Source: Candidatus Methylomirabilota bacterium
GTDB lineage: Bacteria > Methylomirabilota > Methylomirabilia > Rokubacteriales > CSP1-6
Direction of reading: 5' to 3'
DNA length: 59,465 nucleotides
NCBI GenBank assembly: GCA_046726415.1
Contig: JBKPAK010000014.1
Span: 1-59,465 of the forward strand
In this document: positions 1 to 8,933 of the stretch, piece after piece
Layout: the number at the start of each line of letters is the position of its first letter
Numbering within the stretch: the stretch's first letter is position 1
Translations under genes and position numbers: made by a program
Notes under the pieces: model-generated
Seen by the model: the letters and a program-made list of their open reading frames with translations, nothing else
Database searches by the model: none
Told to the model about the DNA's origin: nothing

Positions 1-300
1 CTTGTTGGCCACCGCCACATGCTGGATCACGGGGAGCGTGGCGTACTCCCCGGGCAGACGCGCCGCGATGTGGCGCACGGCGTGCAGTCCGGCCAGCGGA
101 TGCAGCGGACCGCCATGGTGGCCCGGTGGCAGATCCGAGGAGCGCACCACGGCCAGCGCCGAAGCCAGGAGCATGTCCTTGACGGAGGTACCCCTGGCGA
201 GCTTGTCGTGGGTCTGCGCCACGATACGATCGGGCGATGTTTCCTCGACGAACTGCACCAGTGGTTCGATGTGATCCGGATAGGCGACGCGCCGGGTCAT
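1..300 (-). CDS. Uncharacterised protein, N-terminal 100 aa (runs off the left edge)
   Basis: Not in the ORF track. Manual translation: MTRRVAYPDHIEPLVQFVEETSPDRIVAQTHDKLARGTSVKDMLLASALAVVRSSDLPPGHHGGPLHPLAGLHAVRHIAARLPGEYATLPVIQHVAVANK. GGAGGA RBS just upstream of the ATG at 300; GC3-rich codons; no stop before the edge. Confidence 0.8.
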   Translation of the reverse strand, partial: MTRRVAYPDHIEPLVQFVEETSPDRIVAQTHDKLARGTSVKDMLLASALAVVRSSDLPPGHHGGPLHPLAGLHAVRHIAARLPGEYATLPVIQHVAVANK

Positions 301-381
301 GCGATCATCCTCCCTTGACGGGGACACAGCACCCTCCACCTTCTCCACCACCGCAGACCGCTACAGTCGTCCGAACGGCCA

Positions 382-405
382 CACTTGTCAACTCACCTGT
401 CAACT
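382..405 (-). repeat. 12-bp tandem direct repeat, each unit containing TTGACA on the minus strand
   Basis: CACTTGTCAACT (382-393) followed by CACCTGTCAACT (394-405), upstream of the gene at 1..300. Confidence 0.6.
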
Positions 406-420
406 GACCGCCCACCCGAC

Positions 421-2637
421 TCATCCCGAGCCGGGCTTGAACACGACAACGGCGAGGGGGGGTAGGGTCACGACCAGCGAGTGCGGCTGGCCCTGCCACG
501 GATGTGCCTCCGACCAGACTCCACCTTCGTTGCCCACGTTGCTCCCGCCATAGACGGCGGCGTCGGTGTTCAAAATCTCGCGATAGTAGCCGGGCGCCGG
601 GGTCCCCACCCGATAGCCGGCCCGGGGAACGGGGGTGAAATTGCAGATCACCAGCACGAAATGCGCGGGATCCTCGGCTCGCCGGACGAAGGACACCACG
701 CTCTGCTCCCAGTCGGAGCAGTCGATCCACTGAAAGCCCGCCGGCGTGCAGTCGGTCTGATGCAGCGCCGCCTCGCGGCGGTAGAGCCGGTTCAGGTCAC
801 GGACCAGCCGCTGGAGACCACGGTGATAGGGTCCGCTGTCCAGGAGATGCCAGTCGAGGCTCTGGTCGTGGTTCCATTCGCGGGTCTGGCCGAACTCGTC
901 GCCCATGAAGAGCAGCTTCTTGCCGGGATGGCCGTACATGAATCCATAGAGGGCGCGCAGGTTCGCGAAGCGCTGCCACTCATCCCCCGGCATCTTCTGG
1001 ATGAGCGCACCCTTCCCGTGCACCACCTCGTCGTGGGAGAGCGGCAGGACGAAGTTCTCGCTCCACGCGTACAAGAGCCCGAAGGTGAGCCGGCCGTGCT
1101 GGTGCTTCCGATAGATGGGATCGTGGCGCAGGTAGTCGAGCACGTCGTGCATCCATCCCATGTTCCACTTGAAGCCAAACCCCAGACCGCCGAGATACGT
1201 GGGGCGCGACACCATCGGCCAGGCCGTCGACTCCTCCGCCACGACGATGACGCCGGGATGAAGGCGATGCACGACGTCGTTCAGGCGCCGCAGGAAGCTG
1301 ACCGCGGCAAGATTCTCGCGCCCGCCGAACTCGTTGGGGAGCCACTGACCGGCCCGGCGCGCGTAGTCCAGGTAGAGCATCGACGCCACCGCATCGACCC
1401 GAAGGCCGTCGATGTGATAGTGGTTCAGCCAGAAGAGGGCGTTTCCGATGAGGAAATTCGCGACCTCGTTCCGGCCGTAGTTGAAGATCAGCGTGCCCCA
1501 CTCGGGATGTTCGCCGCGTCGGACGTCCGCGTGCTCGTAGAGATGCGTGCCGTCGAAGTAGCCGAGCCCGTGCGGATCTCGCGGAAAGTGGGCGGGGACC
1601 CAGTCCAGGATGACGCCGATCCCGCGCTGGTGGAGGCGATCGACGTATCGCATGAAATCATGCGGACTGCCGTAGCGGCGGGTGGGCGCGAAGTATCCGA
1701 TGGTCTGGTATCCCCAGGAGCCGTAAAAAGGGTGCTCGGTCACCGGCAAGAGCTCGACGTGAGTGAAACCCATCTCGCTCACGTACGACGCGAGCTTGTC
1801 CGCCAGTTCGATATAGGTGAGGAAGCGGTTGCCCTCCTCCACTACCCGCATCCACGAGCCCGGGTGCACCTCATAGATCGACATGGGCGCCTCGAGCGGG
1901 TTCTGCCGCGCCCGGGTTGTCATCCACGGAGCATCGTCCCAGTGATACCCGTCCAGGGCGTGGACCATCGAGGCCGTGCGTGGAGTTTCGACCTCGAAGG
2001 CGAAGGCGTACGGATCCGCCTTGAGGGCAAGCGCCTCGTCCGAGCGCGCCGCGATCTCGAACTTGTACCGCGCGCCGGTGGCGATTTCAGGAATGAAGAT
2101 CTCCCAGATCCCGTTGCCCGGATGGAGCCGCATGGCATGGCGCCGTCCGTCCCACGCGTTGAAATCGCCGACGACGCTCACGCGCCGCGCGTTCGGCGCC
2201 CATACCGCAAAGACCACGCCCGACACGCCGTCCAGCACGAGCGCGTGGGCCCCGAGCTTGTCGCTCGCCTCGTAATGGCTACCCTCCGCGAGCAAATGGC
2301 GGTCATAGTCGCTCAGGGTCGACGTGAAGCGGTAGGGATCCTCGGTCTCGTGGACGCTGCCCCCTTCGTCCACCACCTCCAGCCGGTACGGGAAGGCCTC
2401 GGGCTGGCCCGGGAAGATCGCCTCGAACAACCCGGCCGGGTGCAGGCGCTCCATCTGACGCGGTGCGGGCGGCGACGCTTGCGGAATCACGCGGACAACC
2501 GCGGCCCCCGGCAAAAAGCACCGGACGGCGACTGCGGGTCCTCCCTCGGTCTCGATCCCGTGCGGCCCCAGCACCGCGAACGGGTCGCCGTGAGCACCAT
2601 CGGCGATGGCCCTGATCTCAGACGCGGCGAGAGTCAT
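421..2637 (-). CDS. glgB: 1,4-alpha-glucan branching enzyme (GH13_9)
   Basis: [10 protein letters not shown]-terminus, [29 protein letters not shown], catalytic [20 protein letters not shown] and [10 protein letters not shown]; 738 aa. Confidence 0.97.
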   Translation of the reverse strand: MTLAASEIRAIADGAHGDPFAVLGPHGIETEGGPAVAVRCFLPGAAVVRVIPQASPPAPRQMERLHPAGLFEAIFPGQPEAFPYRLEVVDEGGSVHETEDPYRFTSTLSDYDRHLLAEGSHYEASDKLGAHALVLDGVSGVVFAVWAPNARRVSVVGDFNAWDGRRHAMRLHPGNGIWEIFIPEIATGARYKFEIAARSDEALALKADPYAFAFEVETPRTASMVHALDGYHWDDAPWMTTRARQNPLEAPMSIYEVHPGSWMRVVEEGNRFLTYIELADKLASYVSEMGFTHVELLPVTEHPFYGSWGYQTIGYFAPTRRYGSPHDFMRYVDRLHQRGIGVILDWVPAHFPRDPHGLGYFDGTHLYEHADVRRGEHPEWGTLIFNYGRNEVANFLIGNALFWLNHYHIDGLRVDAVASMLYLDYARRAGQWLPNEFGGRENLAAVSFLRRLNDVVHRLHPGVIVVAEESTAWPMVSRPTYLGGLGFGFKWNMGWMHDVLDYLRHDPIYRKHQHGRLTFGLLYAWSENFVLPLSHDEVVHGKGALIQKMPGDEWQRFANLRALYGFMYGHPGKKLLFMGDEFGQTREWNHDQSLDWHLLDSGPYHRGLQRLVRDLNRLYRREAALHQTDCTPAGFQWIDCSDWEQSVVSFVRRAEDPAHFVLVICNFTPVPRAGYRVGTPAPGYYREILNTDAAVYGGSNVGNEGGVWSEAHPWQGQPHSLVVTLPPLAVVVFKPGSG

Positions 2638-2934
2638 GGACCGGGATAGGCGCGCGGGGTGTCCTGGGGATCCTCCGCGCGCTCTGAGCGGTTCGAGGTC
2701 ATCGCTGCGTCTCCCTGGGGCGTCATGGTCTTCAGGTCAGGCGGCACGACCGCGGCGCAATCCTCGAGGATCGGCGAACCGCGGCGCGGTCCAGAAGCAC
2801 TACCGCGTGCCCGGCGAGCACCACGGCTGGCACGGGAACATCCTCCTCACTCGCAGGGTATCAAACTGACGGCGAGATCGCGCCGGGGACGGGGCTCGGC
2901 TACACTGCGGAAGAATCGAGAATGGGGGAGAGCG

Positions 2935-3879
2935 ATGCAAAACCTCCTCGTCGGCATCCACGTCTCCGGCACCAACGTACCGAAACTAGTGGATGGGATC
3001 GTCGCGGCCGAACGGGCGGGCATCCAGTGCGCCTGGATGACCTGTGGTGGCGTCGCGCCAGATCCGCTGGGGGTCTTTGCGGCCGCCGCGCACCGGACGT
3101 CCCGAATCCTCTTCGGGACCTCCATCATCCCGACGTTCCCTCGCCACCCGCTCGCGCTCGTCCAGGGAGCCATCGTGGTCGATGCCCTGGCCCCCGGGCG
3201 GCTGCGGCTCGGTGTCGGGCCGAGCCACAAGCCGTCGGTGGAGGGCACCTGGGGAATCCCGTTCGAGCGGCCCCAGGAACACTTGCGGGAATATCTCACC
3301 GTCCTCAAGGCCGCCTTGGCCTCCGGGAAGGTGGACTTCGACGGCAGGCGGCTGAAGGCTCATGCCCAGCTGTCCGCGCCGACCCGGGTGACGGTCATGG
3401 CGTCGGCGCTGCGGGCGATCGGTTTTCGCACCTGCGGCGAGCTCGCCGACGGTGCAATCTCTTGGGTGTGCCCCCTGCCGTATCTTCGCGATGTTGCCGT
3501 CCCGGCGCTTCGGGAAGGCGCGTCGAAGGCCGGCCGGCAGACGCCGCCGCTCGTCGCGCATGTTCCGGTCGCGGTGTCCGAGGACGCCGGCGACGTTCGC
3601 CGCGGAGCGGCGGAGCAGCTCGGACGCTACCCGCGCATCCCGTACTACTCGCAGATGTTCCAGGATGCCGGCTTTCCCGAGGCCAAGGAGGGTCGGCTGT
3701 CGGATCGCATGATCGATGCGCTGGTGGTGCACGGGAGCGCTGGACACGTCAAGGAGCGGCTGCGCCAGCTTTCGGGGTTCGGTGCTGATGAGCTGCTCGC
3801 CATGCCGATCCTGGCGCCCGGCGACGAGCACGTGCTCGGCCGCACGCTCTCGGTGCTCGGAGAGCTTGCCACGGAGTGA
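2935..3879 (+). CDS. LLM-class flavin/F420-dependent oxidoreductase
   Basis: Start reassigned to MQNLLVG after a GGGGAG RBS; AAERAGIQCAW, FGTSIIPTFPRHP, GRLRLGVGPSH, ELADG motifs. Confidence 0.88.
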   Translation: MQNLLVGIHVSGTNVPKLVDGIVAAERAGIQCAWMTCGGVAPDPLGVFAAAAHRTSRILFGTSIIPTFPRHPLALVQGAIVVDALAPGRLRLGVGPSHKPSVEGTWGIPFERPQEHLREYLTVLKAALASGKVDFDGRRLKAHAQLSAPTRVTVMASALRAIGFRTCGELADGAISWVCPLPYLRDVAVPALREGASKAGRQTPPLVAHVPVAVSEDAGDVRRGAAEQLGRYPRIPYYSQMFQDAGFPEAKEGRLSDRMIDALVVHGSAGHVKERLRQLSGFGADELLAMPILAPGDEHVLGRTLSVLGELATE

Positions 3880-4205
3880 GAGCTCTTGGGCGTCAAGGGC
3901 TCCGACGGCGACTCCGGCAGACTGGACATTGATCCTCGAGGCGGGGCGCCCGCCGCCACCCTTCCGTCTTCGGCATCGCCACTCCCGGATTCGACCAGTG
4001 ATCGACGTGTCCGTCGACGCACACGCGGTGCGTGTATTGGCCGCGCCGGCGACCAAACTCGGGGAAGGCTCGCCTCTGTGATTCATCCTCGTGATGGCCA
4101 CACTTGAGCGTCATCGGTTGTTCCGCCATGCGACCCACCTCGCGCGGTCATCGGTCCCCGCGATGGTAGCCGACGCCGAGCGCCGCAGCACCCGGGGATG
4201 CCGCC

Positions 4206-5132
4206 GTGGAGGCGGCGATCGCCACGCGGGGGGCGGCCGCGCGCTGTGGTACGGCCGTTGAATCCGAGGCGGCGGTGGCCACGCTGAGCGGCGAGCCGCG
4301 AACCGTTCTCTTCTCGATCGCGTTCCCGCGGCCGCCCGCCACCTTGAAGAGCGTCCTGGTGAGCGTCATGGATGTCACCGAGCGCCGGCGGACGGAAGAG
4401 GCGCTGGCCGAGGCGCAGGCGGAGCTGGCCCACATCAGCCGAGTGACCACGATGGCGGAGATGGCGGCCTCGATCGCCCACGAGATCAATCAGCCCCTGG
4501 CCGCGGTGGTGACCAACGGCGGGGCCAGCCTCCGCTGGCTGAGCAGCGACCCGCCGAACCTCGATGAGGCTCGCGCGGCGGTGCGCCGCATCATCAGCGA
4601 CGGCAACCGGGCCAGTGCAGTGATCGCCCGGGTCCGGGCGCTTCTGAAGAAATCCGTTCAGGATCACACCTCGCTGCACGTGTATGACGTGATCGGCGAG
4701 GTTATCGCCCTCGTGCAGCCCGAGGTCGTCCGACGCCGCGTTGCGCTACGCACCATCTTCGCCGATGGGCTCCCGGCCGTGCGTGGCGATCGCGTCCAGC
4801 TCCAGCAGGTGCTGCCCAATCTGATCATGAACCGCATCGAGGCGATGACGCCGGTCACGGACCGGCCGCGAGAGCTGGAGCTCACCGCCGAACGGCACGA
4901 ATCCGGCGGCGTGCTGGTAGGGGTCCGGGACTCTGGTATCGGGTTCGACCCCCAGACGAGCGACCGGCTCTTCGAGGCGTTCTTCACGACCAAGCCCACG
5001 GGCATGGGCATGGGGCTGTCGATCAGTCGCTCGATCATCGAGGCGCACGGGGGACGGCTGTGGGCCATGCCCAACGCCGGGCCCGGGGCGACGTTTCAGT
5101 TCGCCCTCCCGGCCTGGAGCATAGCGGAGTGA
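4206..5132 (+). CDS. NodV/TodS-like sensor histidine kinase, N-terminally truncated (possible pseudogene)
   Basis: PAC-like end ([11 protein letters not shown]), H-box [31 protein letters not shown]. In-frame TAG at 4167 leaves no room for a full sensor region; N-box reads [14 protein letters not shown]. Confidence 0.75.
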   Translation: MEAAIATRGAAARCGTAVESEAAVATLSGEPRTVLFSIAFPRPPATLKSVLVSVMDVTERRRTEEALAEAQAELAHISRVTTMAEMAASIAHEINQPLAAVVTNGGASLRWLSSDPPNLDEARAAVRRIISDGNRASAVIARVRALLKKSVQDHTSLHVYDVIGEVIALVQPEVVRRRVALRTIFADGLPAVRGDRVQLQQVLPNLIMNRIEAMTPVTDRPRELELTAERHESGGVLVGVRDSGIGFDPQTSDRLFEAFFTTKPTGMGMGLSISRSIIEAHGGRLWAMPNAGPGATFQFALPAWSIAE

Positions 5133-5761
5133 CCGGGGCCAACGAGCCCGTGGTGTTCGTCGTCGATGACGACCGGTCGATTCGCGACGCGCTCCGGAGT
5201 CTCATCGCTTCGGTCGGTCTCCGCGTGCAGACGTTCCCGACCGCCCAGGAATTCCTGAGCGGCCAGCGTTCGGACGCGCCGGGATGCCTCGTTCTGGATG
5301 TGCGATTGCCGGGGCTCAGCGGCCTCGATCTCCAGCGTGAGCTGGCCAAGGCCGGCATCGCGATCCCCATCATCTTCATCACCGGTCATGGGGACATTCC
5401 CATGTCGGTGCAAGCCATGAAGGCGGGCGCGGTGGAATTTCTGACCAAGCCCTTCCGGGGTCAGCAGCTGCTCGACGCGATCCAGCAGGCCATCGAGCGC
5501 GACCGCGTGGAGCGCGTGCAGCGGATCGAGTCGGCCGAGCTGCGCCGGCGCTATGAATTGCTGACGCCCCGCGAGCGCGAAGTGATGGCGCACGTCGTGG
5601 CCGGTCTCCTCAACAAGCAGATTGCCGGAGAGCTCGGGACCAGCGAGATCACCGTCAAGGTCCATCGCGCCCAGGTGATGCAGAAGATGCGGGCCGAATC
5701 GCTGGCCGATCTCGTCAGGATCGCCGGGCGACTCGCCACTCCTCCCGCCGGAGGCGCCTGA
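5129..5761 (+). CDS. FixJ/NodW-family response regulator (REC + LuxR HTH)
   Basis: GTG start overlapping the kinase stop (GTGA); [41 protein letters not shown]. Confidence 0.93.
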   Translation: MTGANEPVVFVVDDDRSIRDALRSLIASVGLRVQTFPTAQEFLSGQRSDAPGCLVLDVRLPGLSGLDLQRELAKAGIAIPIIFITGHGDIPMSVQAMKAGAVEFLTKPFRGQQLLDAIQQAIERDRVERVQRIESAELRRRYELLTPREREVMAHVVAGLLNKQIAGELGTSEITVKVHRAQVMQKMRAESLADLVRIAGRLATPPAGGA

Positions 5762-5764
5762 GCG

Positions 5765-5805
5765 GCTCTGGCGGGCCCGCGTGGAGGACGGTCCGGGGCC
5801 AGAGC
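5765..5805. terminator. Possible hairpin between convergent genes
   Basis: GCTCTGGC (5765-5772) and GCCAGAGC (5798-5805) form an inverted repeat with further inner pairing; no U-tract. Confidence 0.3.
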
Positions 5806-5840
5806 TCCCTGGCCGCTGACGCTGTTCCTTTGGCCGACGC

Positions 5841-6203
5841 CTACAGGCTGAACGCGGGGTCCGGAGGCGGGCTCTTTGGCGTATTCCTGCTTCCCAAGGC
5901 GCGATCCGTCGACAGCGCCTTGAGGGTCGATTCGCCATCCTCGTCGGCGACGAAAAGGAGGATGTAGAGCCGATCGCCGACGACCGTCGCGTTCTGCAGT
6001 GTGACCACGGTGGGGTTGAACCCGATCGCGTGGTCGAGCACGTCCCGGATCGCCGACCGGACGGCATCGACAAGCTGCTCCTTGTCCTCGGTCACCGCGG
6101 TCGTCACGGGAATGGCCGTCGCCACCACAGCCACGTAGGCCGTCGCAACGTTGGCAGATACTGCAACCGCGAGGCCGACGAGACACGCGACCAGAGCCTT
6201 CAT
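5841..6203 (-). CDS. Hypothetical exported protein, 120 aa
   Basis: Strong AGGAGGAG RBS before MKALVACLVGLAVAVSANVATA (signal-peptide-like); downstream of and co-oriented with the efflux genes. Confidence 0.75.
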   Translation of the reverse strand: MKALVACLVGLAVAVSANVATAYVAVVATAIPVTTAVTEDKEQLVDAVRSAIRDVLDHAIGFNPTVVTLQNATVVGDRLYILLFVADEDGESTLKALSTDRALGSRNTPKSPPPDPAFSL

Positions 6204-6300
6204 GGGTTGTCTCCTCCTGGTCTTTGGAGGCGAAAAGGTGGCGGCGAGATTCGCGCGAGGGAAAACAGGCGCAGGATCCCGACACCCCACTCGCGTGGTT

Positions 6301-7728
6301 TCACGGCTTGGGCAAGGCCGAGACATCCCACCCACCACCGAGGGCCTTGATCAGCAGCACGCTGGCGTCCATCCGCCTTCTCAGGATGTCCACCTCGACT
6401 CGCTCGTTGGAGAGGGCGACGGTCTGGGCAGTGAGGACTTGAAGATAGCTGTCGGCGCCGCCCTCGTAGCGATTCGTCGACAGCTGGAGGGACTCCTGTG
6501 ACGACTCGACGGCCCGGCGCTGTTCGTCCGCCTCCTGGGCCAGGATGCGCAGGGCAGCAAGGTTGTCCTCGACCTGCTGGAAGGCCGTGAGCGTGGTCTG
6601 GCGATAGTTGGCCACGGTCGCGTCATAGGCGGCGCGGGCCGCATCGGAGGTGGCCTTTCGTCGCCCCGCGTCGAACAGCGTCTGTGTCATGGACAGCCCC
6701 ACCGCCCACATGAGGCTGGACGCCTTCAGCAAGCTTGCCGGGGACGCGCTTTCGAAGCCGACGGATGCGTTCAGCGTGACCGTCGGGTAGTAGGCCGCCT
6801 GGGCGATCCCGATCTGCTCGTTGGCCTCCGCGACCCGTCGTTCCGCGGCCGCGATGTCGGGCCGCCGCTCCAGCAGTTCCGATGGCACCCCTACCGGGAT
6901 GACGGGCGGCCGGAGGGGCCGGGGCACGGGGGGGAGGCTGAACGCTGCCGGCGGGACCCCGATGAGAATGGCGATGGCGTGCTCCAGCTGCGCCCGCTGC
7001 ACGCCGATGTCGGTGGCCTGCGCCTGGGTCGTGTCGAGCTGTGTCTGCGCGAGAGCCACGTCGCTCTTCGGGGCCGCCCCCTCTTCGAAACGGTTCTTCG
7101 TCAGTTCGAGCGACGCGGCGAAGGCCTTCAAGGTCGCATCGAGCAGGCGCTGTTGCTCGTCGGCGCTGCGCAGGTCGAAGTACGCCAGGACGAGCGCGGC
7201 CTGGAGGCTGAGTTTGGCCGTCTCCAGATCTCCGGCAGTGGCCTGGGCCTCCTGGCGGGAGGCGGCAACCGTACGGCGTATGCGCCCCCAAAAATCCACC
7301 TCGTACGACATGTTGAGCGACGCCAGGAAGTCTCCGGAGCTGCCCGTACTGACGCCCGGCGGAAAGAACGGGCGGTTGTTCGACTCTCGTATGGTGCTCG
7401 CGCCCGCTCCCGCCGAGATGGTGGGAAAGAGCGCCGCCCGGCTGAATTGGATCGCGGCGAGCGCCTGGCGGTAGCGCGCCTCGGCGATCTTCAAATCTTG
7501 GTTGGCCGCCGCCACCTGTTCTGCGAGCGCGTTCAGCTCGGGGTCGCCGTAGAGCTGCCACCACGCGCCACGGGGCAGCCGATCGGCCGGCTGCGCGACC
7601 TTCCAGCCGCCTCCCTCCTTGAACGCGGGGGTCATGGGCACCGACGGCTTCTTGTAGTCGGGGCCCACCATGCATCCGGCCAGCAGCACCGTCACCAACG
7701 CGGCGAGGGCAGTCCCCCTCCGTTTCAC
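6301..7728 (-). CDS. Efflux outer-membrane lipoprotein (NodT/OprM/TolC family)
   Basis: Lipobox LLAGC followed by MVGPDY; WWQLYGDPEL; SYEVDFWGRIRR; PSELLERRPDIAAAE; KALGGGW. Confidence 0.95.
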   Translation of the reverse strand: MKRRGTALAALVTVLLAGCMVGPDYKKPSVPMTPAFKEGGGWKVAQPADRLPRGAWWQLYGDPELNALAEQVAAANQDLKIAEARYRQALAAIQFSRAALFPTISAGAGASTIRESNNRPFFPPGVSTGSSGDFLASLNMSYEVDFWGRIRRTVAASRQEAQATAGDLETAKLSLQAALVLAYFDLRSADEQQRLLDATLKAFAASLELTKNRFEEGAAPKSDVALAQTQLDTTQAQATDIGVQRAQLEHAIAILIGVPPAAFSLPPVPRPLRPPVIPVGVPSELLERRPDIAAAERRVAEANEQIGIAQAAYYPTVTLNASVGFESASPASLLKASSLMWAVGLSMTQTLFDAGRRKATSDAARAAYDATVANYRQTTLTAFQQVEDNLAALRILAQEADEQRRAVESSQESLQLSTNRYEGGADSYLQVLTAQTVALSNERVEVDILRRRMDASVLLIKALGGGWDVSALPKP

Positions 7729-8933
7729 GGGGCACCCTTCTGGGTAGTGCCCGTCTGTATCCGCACGGGCGTGCCGCTGGTCAGCGAGTCCGACGGGTTG
7801 GTGATGACCGCGTCACCGGGGTTGAGTCCAGTGAGCACCTCGACCGCGTCCCCGTAGTCGCGTCCGATCTTGATGGGCACGAGCTCTGCCCTTCCGTTCC
7901 GCACGACCCCGACCCGGAGGCCTTCCGATCGAAACAGCAGGGTGTTGGCGGGAATCGTCACCGCCTGCGCCGCCCCCGGCACCGGGAGATGGACCCGGAC
8001 GTAGGCCCCCGGGAGCAACTCCCCCTTGGGATTGTCGACGTCCACTTCCACGAGCAAGGTGCGCGCGGCGGGATCGATGGAGTTGGACGTGCGGACCACG
8101 TGTCCCCGAAAGGAACGGCCGGGAAACTCGTCGAGCGTGAGCGACGCCACCGTGCCCGGCTGCCCGGCCCCTGCAAACACCTCGGGGACGGCCACAAACA
8201 CGCGCAAGGTGTGGATCGCCGTCATGTGAAACAGCTCCCGGGATTGTGGATTTGCGCCGGCATCGATGAGGGTCCCCACGTCGATGTTCCGCGCGGTGAC
8301 GATCCCATCGAAGGGCGCCTCGACCCTCTCGAACGACCGCAGCTGCTCGAGCCGGCGCACGTTGGCGGCGTTCGACTCCACCGTGGACTTCATGGCCTTG
8401 GCATTGCTGACGAACTGGTCCGTCTCCTGCTTGGACACGGACTTTGTCGCCCACAGGCGCTGCCAGCGCTCGGCCGTGATCTCGGCGATCCCGAGATTCG
8501 CCTTGGCCGTCTCCAAATCTGCGCGCGCTTGCCGGAGCTGCTCATCGATTTCCGGCGTTTCGATCTCGGCCAGGAGCTGGCCCTGCTTCACCCTGCTGCC
8601 GATGTCGAAGTACCACCGCTTGATGTATCCGTTCGTCCGCGCGTAGATGGGCGCGTCGGTGAAGGCCTGGGTGTTGCCGGGGATCACGATCTCCTCGGTC
8701 GACGCGGTCCGCTTGGGGTAGACCACGTTCACGATCGGATCGGCGTCGCGCGCCGTCGCCTGCTTCAGCGCGGCGTCGGCCCGCAGACGGCCCCGGATCT
8801 CCCAGGCCACGATGCCGGCCAGAACCAGCAGCAGTCCCGCTATCACGACCCAGGCCAGCGCCCCGCGACCTTGACGTGGGACGGACACCGCGGTGGGCAC
8901 ATCACGTCCCGGCTCAGCGTCTTGCGTCGCCAT
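7725..8933 (-). CDS. RND efflux periplasmic adaptor (membrane fusion protein)
   Basis: N-terminal TM helix; IYARTNGYI...DIGSRVKQGQLLA lipoyl half; APFDGIVTARNIDVG; start reassigned to MATQDAE. Confidence 0.92.
   Translation of the reverse strand: MATQDAEPGRDVPTAVSVPRQGRGALAWVVIAGLLLVLAGIVAWEIRGRLRADAALKQATARDADPIVNVVYPKRTASTEEIVIPGNTQAFTDAPIYARTNGYIKRWYFDIGSRVKQGQLLAEIETPEIDEQLRQARADLETAKANLGIAEITAERWQRLWATKSVSKQETDQFVSNAKAMKSTVESNAANVRRLEQLRSFERVEAPFDGIVTARNIDVGTLIDAGANPQSRELFHMTAIHTLRVFVAVPEVFAGAGQPGTVASLTLDEFPGRSFRGHVVRTSNSIDPAARTLLVEVDVDNPKGELLPGAYVRVHLPVPGAAQAVTIPANTLLFRSEGLRVGVVRNGRAELVPIKIGRDYGDAVEVLTGLNPGDAVITNPSDSLTSGTPVRIQTGTTQKGAP

Noticed and set aside
481-2649. 722-aa plus-strand ORF, and similar long antisense ORFs (10357..12246, 19051..21000, 21751..23421, 37664..39376, 43561..45141, 50592..53012, 52978..54630)
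   Set aside because: Shadow frames opposite well-supported genes, expected in high-GC DNA; no recognisable motifs.
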